Positions 1-11,038 of a stretch of 64,000 nt of DNA are shown in pieces (within the stretch, counting starts at the first letter, position 1; each line of letters opens with the position of its first letter). The DNA lies in contig JBDHDE010000016.1 of assembly GCA_039591655.1 (NCBI GenBank), positions 17,769-81,768 of the forward strand. The letters are read 5' to 3'. Position numbers and translations under genes: made by a program. Source of the DNA: Gemmatimonadota bacterium (GTDB taxonomy: Bacteria; Gemmatimonadota; Gemmatimonadetes; Gemmatimonadales; GWC2-71-9). The notes under the pieces were generated by a model, which did not search any database, was not told the origin of the DNA, and saw only the letters and a list, made by a program, of their open reading frames with translations.

Positions 1-781
1 GGAACAGCACCCACCCGCACACGCCCCAGATCAAGAACTGGAACAGCCCAACGGCACCGACGCCAATCACCTTGCCGGCCAGCAGCTGAAACGGCTTGAG
101 GCTGGAGATCAGGACCTCGATCACGCGCGTCGTCTTCTCCTCCACTACGGAGCCCATCACCTGCACGCCATACAGCAGGATGGCGATGTAGAGCAACAGC
201 CAAACCGCGTAGGCCAGGAGGAACCTCGCCTCCCCGGACTCCTCGGTCACGCGGCCACCCCGGATGTTCACCGTGCGCATCTGCACTGGGATCTGCGCCC
301 GCGCCACCAGATCAGGATTCACTCCTACGCGATCCAGCCGCTCGATGAGCACCGCCTCCTGGACGAGCCGCTGGATCATCCTCATATCGTTGAACGAGGA
401 AACGTTCGACCCGCGATACTCCACCTGCCCGTCCTCGACGGCCTCGTCCGTCACGATGAGGTAACCGTCGAGGCGTTTCACTCCCACCGCTGCCGTGAGG
501 GAGTCCGCCACGAATGCAAGACTCGCTACGTCCACCTCCAGTCGCATAGCCTCCAAGGCCTGCGGAGCGCTCAACAGCTCCGCCACGCGCTCGCCGAACC
601 CGCCTGAGGTCAGGTCCAGCACCGCGATGACGCGACGACCGCTACCCCGCTCCGCCACCATGATTGGAACGACGACGAGCGCCGCCATCATCACCGGGCC
701 CAGCACGGTGGCGATGATGAACCACTTGTTCCGCACCTTCTCCACGAACTCGCGCCGGATAACGACCCAGATCTTACGCAT
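1..781 (-). CDS. ABC-2 type transporter permease (NatB-like), runs off window start
   Basis: Hand translation from ATG at 781: MRKIWVVIRREFVEKVRNKWFIIATVLGP; later VVEEKTTRVIEVLISSLKPFQLLAGKVIG; overlaps stop of the ATPase gene. Confidence 0.85.
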   Translation of the reverse strand, partial: MRKIWVVIRREFVEKVRNKWFIIATVLGPVMMAALVVVPIMVAERGSGRRVIAVLDLTSGGFGERVAELLSAPQALEAMRLEVDVASLAFVADSLTAAVGVKRLDGYLIVTDEAVEDGQVEYRGSNVSSFNDMRMIQRLVQEAVLIERLDRVGVNPDLVARAQIPVQMRTVNIRGGRVTEESGEARFLLAYAVWLLLYIAILLYGVQVMGSVVEEKTTRVIEVLISSLKPFQLLAGKVIGVGAVGLFQFLIWGVCGWVLF

Positions 782-1736
782 CGCGGTTCCCCTCCTCCGC
801 GCGGGCCGTCGCCGCTTCCGGTCCCACCAGGTCGATGAAGATCTTGTTCAGCGTAGGCTCAGCGATCTCGAACCGCGAGACCCGGGCGCCGACCGCCATC
901 AGTCCTTCCAGAACGCGTTGTGGGTCGGCACCCGTAGCTAATTCGAGCTCGGCATACTGCCCATAGTCGTCGGCCCTGGCCACGAGAGACGCATCGCCGA
1001 TCACCCGCTCCACCGAAGCCGTCCCTTCCTCCACGGCCACGATCACGTGCCTCCCGCCATGCTCCCGCTTCACCTCCGCAAGACGCCCGTCCAGCACCTT
1101 CTCACCTCGCGCGATGATGCACACCGAGTCGCACAGCTTCTCGGCCTGCTCCATGATGTGCGTCGAGAAGAGAACCGTTGTGCCCGCGCGCGCCAGCTCG
1201 ACCACGACATCCTTCATGAGCTGGGTGTTCACCGGATCGAAGCCGGAGAAGGGCTCGTCGAGAATCAGGAGCTCCGGCCCATGCAACACCGTGGAGATGA
1301 ATTGCACCTTCTGCTGCATCCCCTTCGAGAGATCGTCCACCTTCTTTTGCGTCCAGTCCCCTAGACCGAGCCGCTCGAGCCAGCGGCCGGCATCACGCCT
1401 GGCCGAGCGGTGATCCACCCCCTTTGCTTCCGCCAGGAACACCAGGAGGTCCAGCACCTTCATCTTCCTGTATAGGCCCCGCTCCTCCGGCAGATACCCG
1501 ATCCGGTGGCTCTGGTCGCGGCCGCTGCGGGGGAGCCCGAATAGCCTGATGCTCCCCTCGTCGGGGGCCATGATGTTCATGATCATGCGGATGGTGGTGG
1601 TCTTGCCGGCCCCGTTGGGTCCCAGCAGGCCGTACACCGCCCCCTCGGGCACCGCCAGCGACAGCTCCTGGACCGCGGTGTGACCCGCAAACCGCTTCGT
1701 GATTCCCTGTACTTCGACCACCGCATTGTCATGCAT
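774..1736 (-). CDS. ABC transporter ATP-binding protein (NatA-like)
   Basis: Walker A GPNGAGKTT, signature LSKGMQQK, Walker B LILDEP; start set at MHDNAVV. Confidence 0.92.
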   Translation of the reverse strand: MHDNAVVEVQGITKRFAGHTAVQELSLAVPEGAVYGLLGPNGAGKTTTIRMIMNIMAPDEGSIRLFGLPRSGRDQSHRIGYLPEERGLYRKMKVLDLLVFLAEAKGVDHRSARRDAGRWLERLGLGDWTQKKVDDLSKGMQQKVQFISTVLHGPELLILDEPFSGFDPVNTQLMKDVVVELARAGTTVLFSTHIMEQAEKLCDSVCIIARGEKVLDGRLAEVKREHGGRHVIVAVEEGTASVERVIGDASLVARADDYGQYAELELATGADPQRVLEGLMAVGARVSRFEIAEPTLNKIFIDLVGPEAATARAEEGNRDA

Positions 1737-1880
1737 GGCCTGTCTCTGACCGAAAGGTGACTCGATTCCCCTCTCGGGGAAGGTTGAGGCGAAGCCCAAC
1801 GATAAGCCGGGTCGCGTGCCCGACCAACCCCCCTCAGCGGGCGGGCGGTACCCCCGGGAACACTTCCGTAGGTGGTGCCG

Positions 1881-1889
1881 TTATCCACA
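1881..1889 (+). promoter_or_regulatory. Perfect DnaA box TTATCCACA
   Basis: Exact consensus match in the divergent intergenic region, 20 nt before ATG 1909. Confidence 0.5.
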
Positions 1890-1908
1890 GGTGCGACAGA
1901 ACGGACAC

Positions 1909-2667
1909 ATGCGGTGTGACGACGTAGTGCAGGCGCTGGGCCCCGACCCCGAGGCCCACTCCACCTCACCCGAGCTGGCTGAGGCGTACACCCATTACGC
2001 CAGCTGCGTGGGGTGCCGGCGCTACTTCGGCTTCCAGGACCGCTTGGCGCACCGCCTCCACCAACTCCCCGGACCGGGCCAGACCCCGCCCACACTGCGG
2101 GCCCGGGTCCACGAGGCCCTGGCCCACGAGGACACCCGCGTGCGCCGACGCCGAGTCCGGCTCTTCGCCGGTGGCGGTTCCATGCTCGCGGTCGCCGCCG
2201 CGACCATCTTCGCCCTCGCCGTGCTCCCGGGGAGCGCCCGCCAGGTGGTGCTACCCTTGGCGCAGGAGGCCCGCATCGGCCTCGCGAAACCCGCTGCCAT
2301 CACCAGCTCCGACACCGCCGCACTACGCGAGTGGCTCGACGCTGAGGTGGGTTACGCAGTGGAGATCCCGGCTATCTCCGAAGCAGAGCTGAAGGGTGCA
2401 GCGGTCACCGAGGTGGACGGCGTACGCGGGGCCGCCGTCGTATATGAGTACCACGGGATGCCCCTCACCTACTTCGATCTCCCATCCGATCGGGCGTTCA
2501 CCACATTGGTGCGGGACGGCTCACTCCGCAGCGCAGCCGCCGACGGCTATGAGCTTGCCATATGGACCCAACAGGGCGGCACGCGGGCCGTGGCGGCGCC
2601 GATGCCGCGGCGAGAGGTCGTGAAGGTGGCGAATGAGTGCCGCGAGAAGGCGGGGGCGGGACTCTAG
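1909..2667 (+). CDS. Zinc-binding (zf-HC2/ZAS) transmembrane anti-sigma factor
   Basis: MRCDDV...HYASCVGC (HxxxCxxC), one TM helix after RRRR, extracytoplasmic C-domain. Confidence 0.75.
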   Translation: MRCDDVVQALGPDPEAHSTSPELAEAYTHYASCVGCRRYFGFQDRLAHRLHQLPGPGQTPPTLRARVHEALAHEDTRVRRRRVRLFAGGGSMLAVAAATIFALAVLPGSARQVVLPLAQEARIGLAKPAAITSSDTAALREWLDAEVGYAVEIPAISEAELKGAAVTEVDGVRGAAVVYEYHGMPLTYFDLPSDRAFTTLVRDGSLRSAAADGYELAIWTQQGGTRAVAAPMPRREVVKVANECREKAGAGL

Positions 2668-2668
2668 C

Positions 2669-2995
2669 CTACTCCTCTACCCGAATCCAGATCGCGCCGT
2701 CCTCGAGCTTCACATCGTACAGCGAGAGCGGCGCATCTGCCGGCTGCTCCAGCGCCTCCCCGGTGCGGATATCGAACTGCGCACTGTGCAGCCCACACTC
2801 GATGACGTACTCGTCAACCATGTCCCCGTCGCTCATGGGGAACTCGGCGTGGGAGCACCGGTCCGCGCAGGCGTAAACCTCCCCGCCCACCCGCACGAGG
2901 CAGACACTGGCGCCGCTCCCTAGCTGCACGGCGAACGGCATCGCCTCGGGAACGTCGGCTACGGCAGCGACCTTCTCGAACACCCCATCACTCAT
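2669..2995 (-). CDS. Rieske [2Fe-2S] ferredoxin (suf-associated)
   Basis: CSH...CGLH Rieske ligands, FDIRTG; last gene of suf operon. Confidence 0.9.
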   Translation of the reverse strand: MSDGVFEKVAAVADVPEAMPFAVQLGSGASVCLVRVGGEVYACADRCSHAEFPMSDGDMVDEYVIECGLHSAQFDIRTGEALEQPADAPLSLYDVKLEDGAIWIRVEE

Positions 2996-3037
2996 CCACC
3001 ACTCCTCCTGCCGGTCGCTCCCCACTGAGAGGTCGGG

Positions 3038-3490
3038 TCACTCCGTAGTCACCGGCTCCCCGCTGCCGGTGAGGGCAGCGTGCAGCGTGTGCCATGGAAG
3101 ATTGGCACACTTCACACGCGCAGGGAACTGCTTCACTCCCGCCAGTGCAGCGAGCTTCCCGAGGGACTGGGTATCGGCGGAGGCGTTCAACGGCCCCGTC
3201 ACCATCCCGTGGAACGCCGAGAACAGCTGCTCAGCCTCGTCGGTGCTCTTGCCCTTGACCGCCGAGGTCATGAGGGATGCGGAGGCCTGCGAGATGGCGC
3301 ATCCCGAGCCCTGGAAACCGACGTCCGTGATGACGTCTCCCTCGACCTTGATGTATACAGTCATCCGGTCGCCACACAGCGGGTTCGTCCCCTCTGCGCT
3401 GTGGCTGGCGTCGGCGACCTCCTTGAAGTTGCGGGGACTGCGGTTGTGATCCAGGATGATCTGCTGGTACAGCTCCCTGAGATCGCCCAT
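3038..3490 (-). CDS. sufU: SUF system sulfur-transfer protein SufU
   Basis: LYQQIILDH, NPLCGD, GCAISQAS, RVKCA; ATG 3490 overlaps sufS stop. Confidence 0.93.
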   Translation of the reverse strand: MGDLRELYQQIILDHNRSPRNFKEVADASHSAEGTNPLCGDRMTVYIKVEGDVITDVGFQGSGCAISQASASLMTSAVKGKSTDEAEQLFSAFHGMVTGPLNASADTQSLGKLAALAGVKQFPARVKCANLPWHTLHAALTGSGEPVTTE

Positions 3491-4749
3491 CAGCCGAACA
3501 CCTCGCGAACCTTGGCTACCGCGCGGACCAGGACATCTACCTCGTCCCGCGTATTGTACAAGGCGAACGACGCCCGTGCGGTTGCCGGGACGCCAAGCCG
3601 CTCCATCACGGGCTGCGTGCAGTGGTGCCCGGTGCGGATCGCGACTCCCTCCTGGTCCACGATGGTGCCGATGTCGTGTGCGTGCACTCCGTCCAGCACG
3701 AACGATATCACGCTGGCCTTCTCCTTCGCTTGCCCCAGAACGTGGAGCCCCGGGATCCTTCCGAGCGCAACGGTCGCGTAGCGCAGCAGATCCATCTCGT
3801 GTGCGTGGATCGCCTCCCACGACAGCGAGTCCAGATAGTCGACCGTGGCGCCGAGCCCGATTGCCCCTGCAATGTGCGGCGTTCCGGCCTCGAACTTGGC
3901 CGGCAGTGGAGCGAAAGTCGTCTTATCGAAGCACACCGAGCGGATCATCTCCCCACCGGCCTGGTATGGGGGCATGGCATCCAGCAGTTCGCTCTTGCCG
4001 TAGAGAATCCCGATCCCCGTGGGTCCGAACATCTTGTGACCCGACACCGTGTAGAAATCGCAGTCGAGGTCCCGCACGTCGATGGGGATGTGGGGCGCCG
4101 CCTGCGCACCGTCCACCAGGACCGGGATGTTGCGCGCGTGCGCCGCCGCGACCATCTCCTTCACGGGATTGACCGTGCCCAGCGAGTTCGAGATGTGGAC
4201 CACACCGACCAGCTTGGTTCTGGAGCTCAGCATGGACTCGTAAGCGTCCAGAGGCAGCTCTCCATCATCGCTCATGGGGATGACGCAAATGCGCGCGCCG
4301 GTTGCCTCGGCCACGAGCTGCCAAGGCACGATGTTGGAGTGGTGCTCCATCTGGGACAGGAGGATCTCGTCCCCCGGCGCTAGCACCCCGCGGCCGTAGC
4401 TGTGGGCTACGAGATTGATCGCCTCGGTCGCTCCCCGCACGAAGATGATCTCGTGTGACTCCGCTGCGTTCACGAAGCACTGCAGCTTGCGCCGCGCATC
4501 CTCATAGGCCGCCGTCGATTCCTCGCTGAGCTTGTAGACGCCACGGTGAATGTTGGCGTTCCCCGACGAGTAGAACCGCTGGAGCGCATCCAGCATCGCA
4601 GTCGGCTTCTGGCTGGTAGCCGCATTGTCCAGGTACACCAACGGCCGTCCGTTCACCTCCCGCTGCAGCAGCGGGAAATCCGCACGGATGCGCCCGACAT
4701 CCCACACGGGATGCGCAGGTGCGGAGGCCGGGTGCGCCATCGTGGTCAC
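3490..4749 (-). CDS. sufS: Cysteine desulfurase SufS
   Basis: YLDNAATSQKP, SGHKMFGPTG (PLP Lys), RTGHHCTQP; start GTG 4749 or ATG 4740. Confidence 0.95.
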   Translation of the reverse strand: MTTMAHPASAPAHPVWDVGRIRADFPLLQREVNGRPLVYLDNAATSQKPTAMLDALQRFYSSGNANIHRGVYKLSEESTAAYEDARRKLQCFVNAAESHEIIFVRGATEAINLVAHSYGRGVLAPGDEILLSQMEHHSNIVPWQLVAEATGARICVIPMSDDGELPLDAYESMLSSRTKLVGVVHISNSLGTVNPVKEMVAAAHARNIPVLVDGAQAAPHIPIDVRDLDCDFYTVSGHKMFGPTGIGILYGKSELLDAMPPYQAGGEMIRSVCFDKTTFAPLPAKFEAGTPHIAGAIGLGATVDYLDSLSWEAIHAHEMDLLRYATVALGRIPGLHVLGQAKEKASVISFVLDGVHAHDIGTIVDQEGVAIRTGHHCTQPVMERLGVPATARASFALYNTRDEVDVLVRAVAKVREVFG

Positions 4750-6119
4750 CGCGTGCGCTTCCGCGCGCTCGCAGCCAGCCAATCCCGCACGATGCGTTCC
4801 ATCTCTCCCTTGAGCTCCTCCACCGAGACGGCGCTCAGGATCTCCGACGCGAAGCCGTAGGTGAGCAGGCCTCGCGCTTCCTCACGCGTCAGCCCCCGGC
4901 TCTGGATGTAGTACAGGTGATCTTCGTCGATTGGCCCGAGCGTCGCTCCGTGCGTGCACCTCACGTCGTCGGCGTAGATCTCGAGCTGCGGTTGGCTATC
5001 GGCTCTGGCCCGCTCAGATAGCAGCAGGTTGTTGTTCGTCTGCTTCGAATCGGTCTTCTGGGCACCCTGGCGCACGATGATCCGGCCGTTGAATACACCG
5101 CGGGACTGGTCGTCGAACGCGCCGTTGAAGTACTCCCAGCTGGTGCAATTCGGCTTGACGTGCTCAAGAATCGTATGGTGGTCGGTATGTTGCCGGTCGC
5201 TCAGCATGGAGAGTCCGTCGAGGGTGCAGTCGGCACCTTCGCCGTCGAGCACCGCGTAGATGTCGTGGCGCGACAGCCGGCCCCCGAACGTGAACGTGAC
5301 CAGAGAGTAGCTGCTGTCCCGTCCCTGATGCGAGTGTGTCGTCGCCGTGTGGTACGCACCAAGGCCCTCCCGCTGGACGCGGTAGGTGTCGACCTTGGCA
5401 TTACTGCCCACCACGACCTCGGTCACGGCATTGGTCCAGTAGGTGGTGTCTCCCAGGCCGACATAGCTCTCCACCACGGCAGCCCGGGCACCGTCGTCGA
5501 CGATCACTAGGTTCCGGGGGTGCCACAGATACTGCTTCCCTTCGTCGGGTACCGCGACAAAGACTACTTGCAGCGGCTTCTCGAGCGTCACATTACGCGG
5601 GACGTGCACGAACGCGCCGTCGTACGTGAACGCGGTGCTCAATGCGGTGAACGGATTGCGCTCGTCCGCCGCGTAGCGCGCCAGGTGCCGGTCGAGCAGA
5701 TCCGGATCCCGCTGCAGCGCCGACCGCAGGCTGCCCAACGTCACCCCGTCGGGGAGATCGGCCGTGGAGAGCGCCGGCACGTAGTGGCCATTCACGAAGA
5801 CGGCCGCCTGCCGATCCTCTCCCCCGAGCAGGAACCGCCTCAGGACCTCCAGGGTGACGCCGTGGGTCTCCGTCGCCGGTGCTAGCGTGAACGGCTGCTG
5901 GGCGATGGGCTTCACGTCGGTGAAGCGCCACTCCTCCTGACGCCCGCTTGGGAAGCCCGCCTCCATGAAACGCGCCATCGCCCGTTCCCGCCGATCCCTC
6001 AGCCAGGCGGGAGCCCCGGCGGCGCCATTGCCCGCGAACGTCTCGAACTCGGCGGCGTAACGCTCAACGGCGCTCTGCACGTTCTCGACCTGCGTCATTG
6101 ATCTCTCGGCCCCCGTCAC
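4746..6119 (-). CDS. sufD: Fe-S cluster assembly protein SufD
   Basis: EEWRFT, PQLEIYADDVRCTHGAT, YIQSRG. Confidence 0.95.
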   Translation of the reverse strand: MTGAERSMTQVENVQSAVERYAAEFETFAGNGAAGAPAWLRDRRERAMARFMEAGFPSGRQEEWRFTDVKPIAQQPFTLAPATETHGVTLEVLRRFLLGGEDRQAAVFVNGHYVPALSTADLPDGVTLGSLRSALQRDPDLLDRHLARYAADERNPFTALSTAFTYDGAFVHVPRNVTLEKPLQVVFVAVPDEGKQYLWHPRNLVIVDDGARAAVVESYVGLGDTTYWTNAVTEVVVGSNAKVDTYRVQREGLGAYHTATTHSHQGRDSSYSLVTFTFGGRLSRHDIYAVLDGEGADCTLDGLSMLSDRQHTDHHTILEHVKPNCTSWEYFNGAFDDQSRGVFNGRIIVRQGAQKTDSKQTNNNLLLSERARADSQPQLEIYADDVRCTHGATLGPIDEDHLYYIQSRGLTREEARGLLTYGFASEILSAVSVEELKGEMERIVRDWLAASARKRTR

Positions 6120-6874
6120 GACGCGACCGCCGTCGCTCCGGCAATCCAGTCGTAGCCCTTCTCCTCCAGCTCGAGGGCAAGCTTCATGTCACCCGACATA
6201 ACAATCTTCCCGCCCGCCAGCACATGGACGAAGTCCGGCGTGAAGTAATTCAGGATTCGCTCGTAGTGCGTCACCACTACGAAGGACCGATCGGGGCTGC
6301 GGAACTTGTTCACGGCCGCCGCCACATCCTTCACGGCGTCGATATCAAGGCCGGAGTCGGTCTCATCCAGGATTGCCAGCCTCGGCTCCAGCATGGTGAG
6401 CTGGAGGATCTCGTTGCGCTTCTTCTCCCCGCCCGAGAATCCATCGTTCACCGCGCGGTGGATCAGGCTGTCATCCCAGCCTATCTGCTCCAGCCTCTGC
6501 TCCAGGAGCTCCGCGAACTCCAGCGTGTCCAGCTCCTCGAGGCCTTCCTCCTTGCGCTTCGCGTTGAGCGCCGACTGCAAGAAGTAGGCGTTCGTGATCC
6601 CTCGGATAGCTACGGGATACTGGAAAGCCAGAAACAGACCGGCCCGGGCCCGCTCATCTGCTTCCATCTCCAGGAGGTCCGCGCCGTCGAACGTCGCCGA
6701 CCCTGCGGTCACGTCGTATGAGGGATGCCCCGCCAGCACCTGTGCGAACGTGCTCTTCCCGGAGCCGTTGGGGCCCATGATCGCATGTACCTCCCCGGGC
6801 TTCACCGTGAGGTCCACGCCCTTGAGTATTTCGGCGCCTTCGATACCGGCGTGCAGGTTCTTGACTTCGAGCAT
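6116..6874 (-). CDS. sufC: Fe-S cluster assembly ATPase SufC
   Basis: GPNGSGKST, FLAFQYP, GFSGGEKKRNE, LDETDSGLDID. Confidence 0.97.
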   Translation of the reverse strand: MLEVKNLHAGIEGAEILKGVDLTVKPGEVHAIMGPNGSGKSTFAQVLAGHPSYDVTAGSATFDGADLLEMEADERARAGLFLAFQYPVAIRGITNAYFLQSALNAKRKEEGLEELDTLEFAELLEQRLEQIGWDDSLIHRAVNDGFSGGEKKRNEILQLTMLEPRLAILDETDSGLDIDAVKDVAAAVNKFRSPDRSFVVVTHYERILNYFTPDFVHVLAGGKIVMSGDMKLALELEEKGYDWIAGATAVAS

Positions 6875-6958
6875 TGTTGTGGTCCGCTATCCGCTTTCGC
6901 GTTGGTTGTCGAGTTGCGATGTCAGACGCCGGGAAATGACGAGTTCCCCGCCGCTGCC

Positions 6959-8397
<1,439 letters not shown>

Positions 8398-8401
<4 letters not shown>

Positions 8402-9057
8402 GACTCCTCATGGCCCCGCTTCGGGGCGATCGAGTACTGACAGGCATTGCAGCCGTCGAAGATGTAAGCGTCCCGCTGCACGTCGCTCTGCAGGATCTCC
8501 CGCAGGAAGTCGGCCTCGGCCGCGCAGATCTCGGGGAACTGCTCTGCCGCTGCCTGGAACGCGCAGTTGTGCTCAGCCAGTCGAAGCGCGTCGGGCTCGA
8601 CCGACCAGGCGGCCATGAATCCCTGCTGTGACAGCAATCGCACCACGGCCTCGACCTTCTCCTCCAGCGAGGCGTCGGCGAGCTCCGCCCGGACGCGCTC
8701 TGCCTGAGCCCGGAAGCGCTCGGCGAACATCTCTCGCACGGCATCGCGACCATTGCTCTCGGCGATGAGGGCCAGCACATGCGTGAGCGCCTCGCCGTAC
8801 TGATTGGGAAAGAGCGCCTCGCCGCCTTCGCTCAGCCTGTAGGTATGGGTCGGCGCTCCGGTGCCCCGTTGCTCCCTCCCGTAGGTCACCAAGCCTTCGG
8901 CCTCGAGCTCCTTGAGGTGCCGGCGGATGGCATTCGCCGACACGGTGAACTGATCTGCGAGCTCCTTGGCCGTCGCCGGCTGCGACTTCTTCAGCTGGAG
9001 CAGGATCTCGCCGCGGAGCCCCTTGTGCCCCGCCAGGCCTGGAGTCATGGCGTTCAT
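8398..9057 (-). CDS. sufR: SufR-type Fe-S-sensing HTH regulator
   Basis: N-terminal wHTH ([10 protein letters not shown]), C-terminal HNCAF...EICAAE...CNAC; first gene of suf operon. Confidence 0.85.
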
Positions 9058-9064
9058 GGCTGGA

Positions 9065-9113
9065 ATCCTACACAGGGGAACGGGTTTCCGCAACTAATTC
9101 AACGGTTTTGTTT
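9065..9113 (-). promoter_or_regulatory. sigma70-type suf promoter with SufR-like site
   Basis: Minus strand TTGCGG(9093-9088)-17-TAGGAT(9070-9065); CAAC-N6-GTTT at 9100-9113. Confidence 0.55.
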
Positions 9114-9247
9114 GCGAATCCCTTCCCGCCAGTCCGGGCGCGGCCGATCCCAGCCAAGCGGTCCCCGGCTCCCGGGCTCAGGACCACGGAGGGGATCAGC
9201 TGGCGATCTCCATAAACGAATATGCACAAAGCGCTTATACAACGGGG

Positions 9248-9311
9248 TTGACGGGGGGGATCGATGGGTCTATGTTACTCGCAGACTAGTTGGCGCTGCA
9301 AACTAGTGTGC
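9248..9311 (+). promoter_or_regulatory. sigma70 promoter plus palindromic operator
   Basis: TTGACG(9248)-17-TATGTT(9271); inverted repeat GCAGACTAGTT-N9-AACTAGTGTGC 9281-9311. Confidence 0.7.
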
Positions 9312-9373
9312 GCTAGCCGAGCGCCGCTGACCATCGGCTCGATCCATCGGCTTTCGAAGGAGGAAAGGAGCCA

Positions 9374-9997
9374 ATGCCCGATCAGTTGAGCTTGAGAGAG
9401 GTTGAGCGAAAGGCCTGGCAATCATACCTCCAGGACGGACTGGCCGAGGTCTTCCTCGGCGCGCTGCTGCTGCTCGCATTCCTCGCCGGCATCTCGGGCG
9501 AGCGGCGCTTCTTCGTGTACATCCCGATGCTGCTCATGGGACCGGCTCTCCTCCTGGCAAAGCGCCTCATCACTGTGCCGCGCCTGGGCCACGTCAAGTT
9601 CGGCCAGGAGCGAAGGGCAAGGAAGCGGAAGCTCTTGGTGGTGGTGGCCGCGGCGGTCATCGTGACGCTCGTGCTGCTGGCAGTGACCATGCGCGGTGCA
9701 CTCCCGGCGGAGTGGATCCGGGAGCACCACTCGCTGGTGAGCTTCGGTCTCGGCGGCATGATCGCCCTCGTGTTCGCGGCGACCGCGTACTGGAAGGACT
9801 ACCCACGCCTGTATCTCGTCGGGTTGATCATCGGAGCGGCCTTCACCTTGACCGAGTTGTTCGACACGCCCGTCCCGCTCCTGGTGGCCGGAGGCATCGT
9901 GTTCCTCGTAGGCCTTGTCATCCTCATCAGATTCGTGCGGAAGTTCCCGATCCCGGCAGTTGCTGGGCCCACTGAGCGCGCCAAGGGGAGACCATGA
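9374..9997 (+). CDS. Multi-pass membrane protein (paralogue 1)
   Basis: ~6 TM; ERKAWQSYLQDGL..., ITVPRLGHVKFG; AGGAG RBS. Confidence 0.8.
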   Translation: MPDQLSLREVERKAWQSYLQDGLAEVFLGALLLLAFLAGISGERRFFVYIPMLLMGPALLLAKRLITVPRLGHVKFGQERRARKRKLLVVVAAAVIVTLVLLAVTMRGALPAEWIREHHSLVSFGLGGMIALVFAATAYWKDYPRLYLVGLIIGAAFTLTELFDTPVPLLVAGGIVFLVGLVILIRFVRKFPIPAVAGPTERAKGRP

Positions 9998-10605
9998 GCT
10001 CGCGCCACCTGGACCTCAAGCGGTTGGAGCGCACCGCTTGGAGGTCCTTCCACCAGGACGGACTGTGGGACGTCTTCCTGGGTCTCGTGCTCCTCGCCGT
10101 AGGGATCTCGAGCCTCGTGGGCTCCGATTGGCTCAACCTGATGCTGACTCTCGCCGCCCTCGGCGTCATGGCGTCGGGCAAGCACTTCGTCACGGTCCCT
10201 CGCATGGGAGCGGTCCGATTCGGTCCGGAGCGCCGCGCCAAGAACCGCAAGGTGGCGGCGCTGCTGTTTCTCACCGTGCTCCTGGGCGTGGCTCTCTACG
10301 CCGCGGCCGTAACAAATCTCGAGGTACTCGGCTGGCAGGCGAACCGGGGCGTGTTGACGACACTCGCCATGAGCCTGGTCCTCCTGGTCATCTTCGGGGG
10401 CATTGCTTACTGGCTGGACTTCCCCCGCATGCTGCTTCTGGGGTTTGCGTTCGCGGCGGCCTTCGCCACGTCACGCCTACTCCACACCCCAGTCACGTTC
10501 CTGGTGGCGGGCGGCACGGTGTTGTTCTGGGGCGTCGCGCTCTTCGCGCGCTTCGTGCGGAAGCACCCGCTTCCGGCGGAGGGGGGCCGTCATGGACGCG
10601 ACTGA
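9994..10605 (+). CDS. Multi-pass membrane protein (paralogue 2)
   Basis: ERTAWRSFHQDGL..., VTVPRMGAVRFG, clear paralogue of previous gene; ATGA overlap. Confidence 0.8.
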   Translation: MSSRHLDLKRLERTAWRSFHQDGLWDVFLGLVLLAVGISSLVGSDWLNLMLTLAALGVMASGKHFVTVPRMGAVRFGPERRAKNRKVAALLFLTVLLGVALYAAAVTNLEVLGWQANRGVLTTLAMSLVLLVIFGGIAYWLDFPRMLLLGFAFAAAFATSRLLHTPVTFLVAGGTVLFWGVALFARFVRKHPLPAEGGRHGRD

Positions 10606-10921
10606 TCCCAGGGCGAACGGCCTGAAGCCCACTCTACACGTGGATCGGCTGGTCCACGAGCCGGGGCGGCTGTTGATCTTGACGTGCCTGTACGTAGTGG
10701 AGCAGGCAGACTTCGTGTTCTTGATGCGCCAGACGGGGATGACCCAGGGCAACCTCTCATCGCATCTGAATAAGCTCGAGGTTGCCGGGTATGTAGAGGT
10801 GGAGAAGACCTTCAAGGGCAAGCGGCCACACACCATGCTGCGGCTCACCGACGCCGGACGCTATGCCTTACAGGCGTATCGCCGGCACATGGCGCAACTG
10901 CTGGACGGTATTCCCGAGTGA
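10592..10921 (+). CDS. Winged-helix transcriptional regulator (HTH_34/ArsR-like)
   Basis: DRLVHEPGRL...GNLSSHLNKLE.AGYVEVEK.F.GKRP.T.LRLT..GR. Confidence 0.88.
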   Translation: MDATDPRANGLKPTLHVDRLVHEPGRLLILTCLYVVEQADFVFLMRQTGMTQGNLSSHLNKLEVAGYVEVEKTFKGKRPHTMLRLTDAGRYALQAYRRHMAQLLDGIPE

Positions 10922-11038
10922 TCGTAGACGAATACCCGGGATGACCGCCCGACGCAGGCGCAACCAGATTCCACTCCCGCGCGTTGTGGGAACGAATGGG
11001 AGACGTGGGAACGGACGGGAGATACGGAGGAGAACGCA

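Noticed and set aside
6875..6958. Short repeats (AAAGCGG/ATAGCGG on minus strand) in the sufB-sufC spacer
   Set aside because: Only two degenerate units; insufficient support
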